The position numbers and the translations under genes are program-made. From an uncultured Thermoleophilia bacterium (GTDB taxonomy: Bacteria; Actinomycetota; Thermoleophilia; UBA2241), in the NCBI GenBank assembly GCA_903862845.1, contig CAIOZS010000059.1, positions 1-62,572 of the forward strand: 62,572 nucleotides of DNA. Direction: 5' to 3'. Under the pieces are notes generated by a model. The model saw only the letters and a list, made by a program, of their open reading frames with translations. It ran no database searches and had not been told where the DNA came from. Positions 60,711-62,572 of the stretch are shown here, piece by piece (the stretch's first letter is position 1; every line of letters begins with the position of its first letter).

Positions 60711-62504
60711 CTATTCCTCGACGGCGCGGCCGCGGAAAGGACGCACGAGCAGCAGGACGATGACGATGACGACGAGCGCCACGACGACGGCGATGACGAT
60801 CGGCGCGGTGCTCGACGACTGCGACGTCTGGGTCGTGGCGGCCTTGGGACGCACCTGGACGTAGCTGTCGATGTTGTCGCCCGAGAGCACGACGAGGCCG
60901 TTCGCCGACGGGTACGGCACCCAGCCTTCCCACTTGCCCGTGTTGTAGGCGATGAGCGCCCGCGGATAATACAGCACCGCGTAGGGCGCCTCCTCGTAAA
61001 AGAGCTGCTGCATGCGCGTGACCTGCCCCTTGCGCACGGCCGGGTCGGTCGCAGAGGCCTGGTCCTGGTACAGCTTGTCGTACTCGGCGCTCGACCAGCA
61101 GCAGTCGTTCCACATCTCGATCTGCGAGGTGATGAAGTCGGCCAGCATGTAGTCCGGGTCGATGTTGCCCGACCAGCCCCAGACGAACATGTCGAAGTCG
61201 GGGGCGTAGGTGCTGCCCTTGTAGTTCCAGATGCCGTCGCTGATCGACCCGTCGTTGGACACGGTCAGCACGATGTCGATGCCGATGGACTTGAACGAGC
61301 CGGCGAGGAGCTTGCCGGCGCGTTGCTGCTCCGGCGACTCGCTGCGCGTCCAGAGCCGGAGCTCAATGGGCTTGCCCTTCTTGTCCTCGCGGACGCCGTC
61401 GCCGTTCGAGTCCTTATAGCCGGCGGCGTCGAGCAGCTGCTTGGCCTTCTCCAGGTCGTAGCCGAACTTCTCGGCGTCCGTCGGCGTCCAGGCGTCGTCG
61501 GTGCTGGGCACCAAGATGGACTCACCGACGTCGGCGTACCCGCCCATGCAGGTGGCGACGATCTTCTGCTTGTCGACCGCCCAGCTGATCGCCTGGCGGA
61601 ACTTCATGTCCTGCAGCACCGGGTTCGCCAGCGAGTTGGGGCTGGCGTACGTGTTCATCGCGAGCTCGACCAGGTACTTCTGCTGGGCCGCCGTCGCGGT
61701 GATGCCGGGCTCGCTCTTGAGGGCGTTGAACTGCGCGACCGGCACGCCGAAGGCCACGTCGATGTTGCCGGACTTGAGGTCCATCGTCATGGTGTCCTGA
61801 TTCGTGTACACCTCGAAGATGATCTCATCGATCTTGGGGGCGCCCTTCCAGTAGTCCTTGTTCGCGACCATGCGGACGTACTCGCCCTTCTTGATATCGA
61901 CCACCTGGAAGGGCCCGGAGCCGATCACCGGCGGCTTGTTCTGGAAGTCGTTGCCGGCGCTCTTGCCGCTGATGTTGCTCCAGACGTGCTCGGGCACGAT
62001 CGGGATCCAGAGGCGCAGCATGTTGGACTTCGGCTTGCTCAAGTAGAACTTGACGGTCGAGTCGTCGACGGCGACGGCTTTCTTCATGTTGACCGTATAC
62101 GTGGAGAACGCCGAGAGGTCGTTGTCGATGATGTAGTTGTAGGTGAAAGCCACATCATTGGCGGTCACCGGCTGGCCGTCCTGCCACTTCATGCCGGGGT
62201 GGATCTTGAAGGTCCACACGAGACCGTCCGGCGAGGTCGACCAGCTGTCGGCGACCTCGGGCCTCACGTCGCCGTTGGGGGCGTAGCCGACGAGCATGTC
62301 GTAGTTCAGGTGGTACACCTCGTAGGCGGGCACCGAGTAGCCGACGAACGGGTTCAGGCTGTCCACATCCTGAGTGATGCCGATACGGAGGACCTTCTTC
62401 TCAGCGCCCGGTGAAGGCGAAGCGCTGGCGGCGGCTCGAGCCACCCCCCCTGCCAAGCCGATCAGAAGCACCGCCGCGACGATCGCGAGAGCAAACCTGC
62501 GCAT
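60711..62504 (-). CDS. ABC transporter substrate-binding protein, family 5 (peptide/nickel/opine type), with an N-terminal signal and a C-terminal TM segment
   Basis: The ATG at 62504 is preceded by GGGGAGG. The signal peptide is 'MRRFALAIVAAVLLIGLAGGVARA'. 'LRIGITQDVDSLNPF' is the SBP_bac_5 start. The C-terminus reads 'APIVIAVVVALVVIVIVLLLVRPFRGR'. Confidence 0.88.
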   Translation of the reverse strand: MRRFALAIVAAVLLIGLAGGVARAAASASPSPGAEKKVLRIGITQDVDSLNPFVGYSVPAYEVYHLNYDMLVGYAPNGDVRPEVADSWSTSPDGLVWTFKIHPGMKWQDGQPVTANDVAFTYNYIIDNDLSAFSTYTVNMKKAVAVDDSTVKFYLSKPKSNMLRLWIPIVPEHVWSNISGKSAGNDFQNKPPVIGSGPFQVVDIKKGEYVRMVANKDYWKGAPKIDEIIFEVYTNQDTMTMDLKSGNIDVAFGVPVAQFNALKSEPGITATAAQQKYLVELAMNTYASPNSLANPVLQDMKFRQAISWAVDKQKIVATCMGGYADVGESILVPSTDDAWTPTDAEKFGYDLEKAKQLLDAAGYKDSNGDGVREDKKGKPIELRLWTRSESPEQQRAGKLLAGSFKSIGIDIVLTVSNDGSISDGIWNYKGSTYAPDFDMFVWGWSGNIDPDYMLADFITSQIEMWNDCCWSSAEYDKLYQDQASATDPAVRKGQVTRMQQLFYEEAPYAVLYYPRALIAYNTGKWEGWVPYPSANGLVVLSGDNIDSYVQVRPKAATTQTSQSSSTAPIVIAVVVALVVIVIVLLLVRPFRGRAVEE

Positions 62505-62572
62505 TGCCCGACCTCCCCACATCGACCCCACGGGACCCCCATGGAACCCGTGCTCCCAACTCTACACGCGCG

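Noticed and set aside
60649-61113. Upstream 155-aa extension of the MttB-family ORF, and the 59114..59362 extension of DUF885
   Set aside because: The extensions overlap the upstream genes (SBP and MttB) in another frame and are Arg/Gly/Ala-rich. Internal ATGs fit the family N-termini, and the DUF885 ATG has a GGAGG SD.
1-62572. Mobile elements, prophage, defence islands, rRNA/tRNA genes
   Set aside because: No transposase, integrase, recombinase, phage structural, restriction or Cas-like ORFs were seen. I also saw no terminal inverted repeats and no tRNA-like T-loop (GGTTCGAATCC-type) sequences in the intergenic regions I read.

Overview
This is a 62.6-kb, very GC-rich bacterial chromosomal segment. 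Third codon positions are almost all G/C. It is densely coding, and most of it lies in long minus-strand operons whose genes are chained by 4-nt GTGA/ATGA stop/start overlaps. I saw no rRNA, tRNA, CRISPR array, transposase or integrase.

Content in order:
- a sugar-phosphate transferase, cut by the window edge, and a YmdB-like phosphoesterase
- a 13-gene complex I (nuo) operon
- tatA and tatC, then a class A PBP
- a long anaerobic-type oxidoreductase cluster: iorA-iorB-ACT-paaK-(GNAT remnant)-aor-class II aldolase
- a degenerate-GGDEF / Roadblock / UDG-like group, and a lipid kinase
- a catalytically dead rhomboid downstream of a 1394-aa formate dehydrogenase fusion
- marR plus a DHA2 MFS pump, and a LuxR-type response regulator
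- a YdiJ-like FAD/Fe-S dehydrogenase, ccdA plus a TlpA/ResA-like gene, an FmdB zinc ribbon, galE, an Rrf2 regulator, a TPR protein and a NaPRTase-like gene
- two tandem polytopic membrane paralogs headed by a degenerate CobB/CbiA-like gene
- a histidine kinase / CheY / GGDEF signalling group
- DUF885, a non-pyrrolysine MttB-family methyltransferase and a family-5 ABC substrate-binding protein

The standout is the nuo operon. It has no canonical nuoE, nuoF, nuoG or intact nuoI. Instead nuoI appears split between its two ferredoxin motifs. A NuoE-like / HydB-type NuoF-like / (2Fe-2S + GltD + 2x4Fe-4S) cassette sits inside the split, fused in frame to both NuoI halves. The GltD-containing subunit is a close paralog of the N-terminal module of the formate dehydrogenase 24 kb away.

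All calls come from reading the translations and the DNA by eye. No database search was run. Start codons are partly re-assigned from the ORF track using SD-like motifs, overlaps and family N-termini. Identity estimates are visual only.
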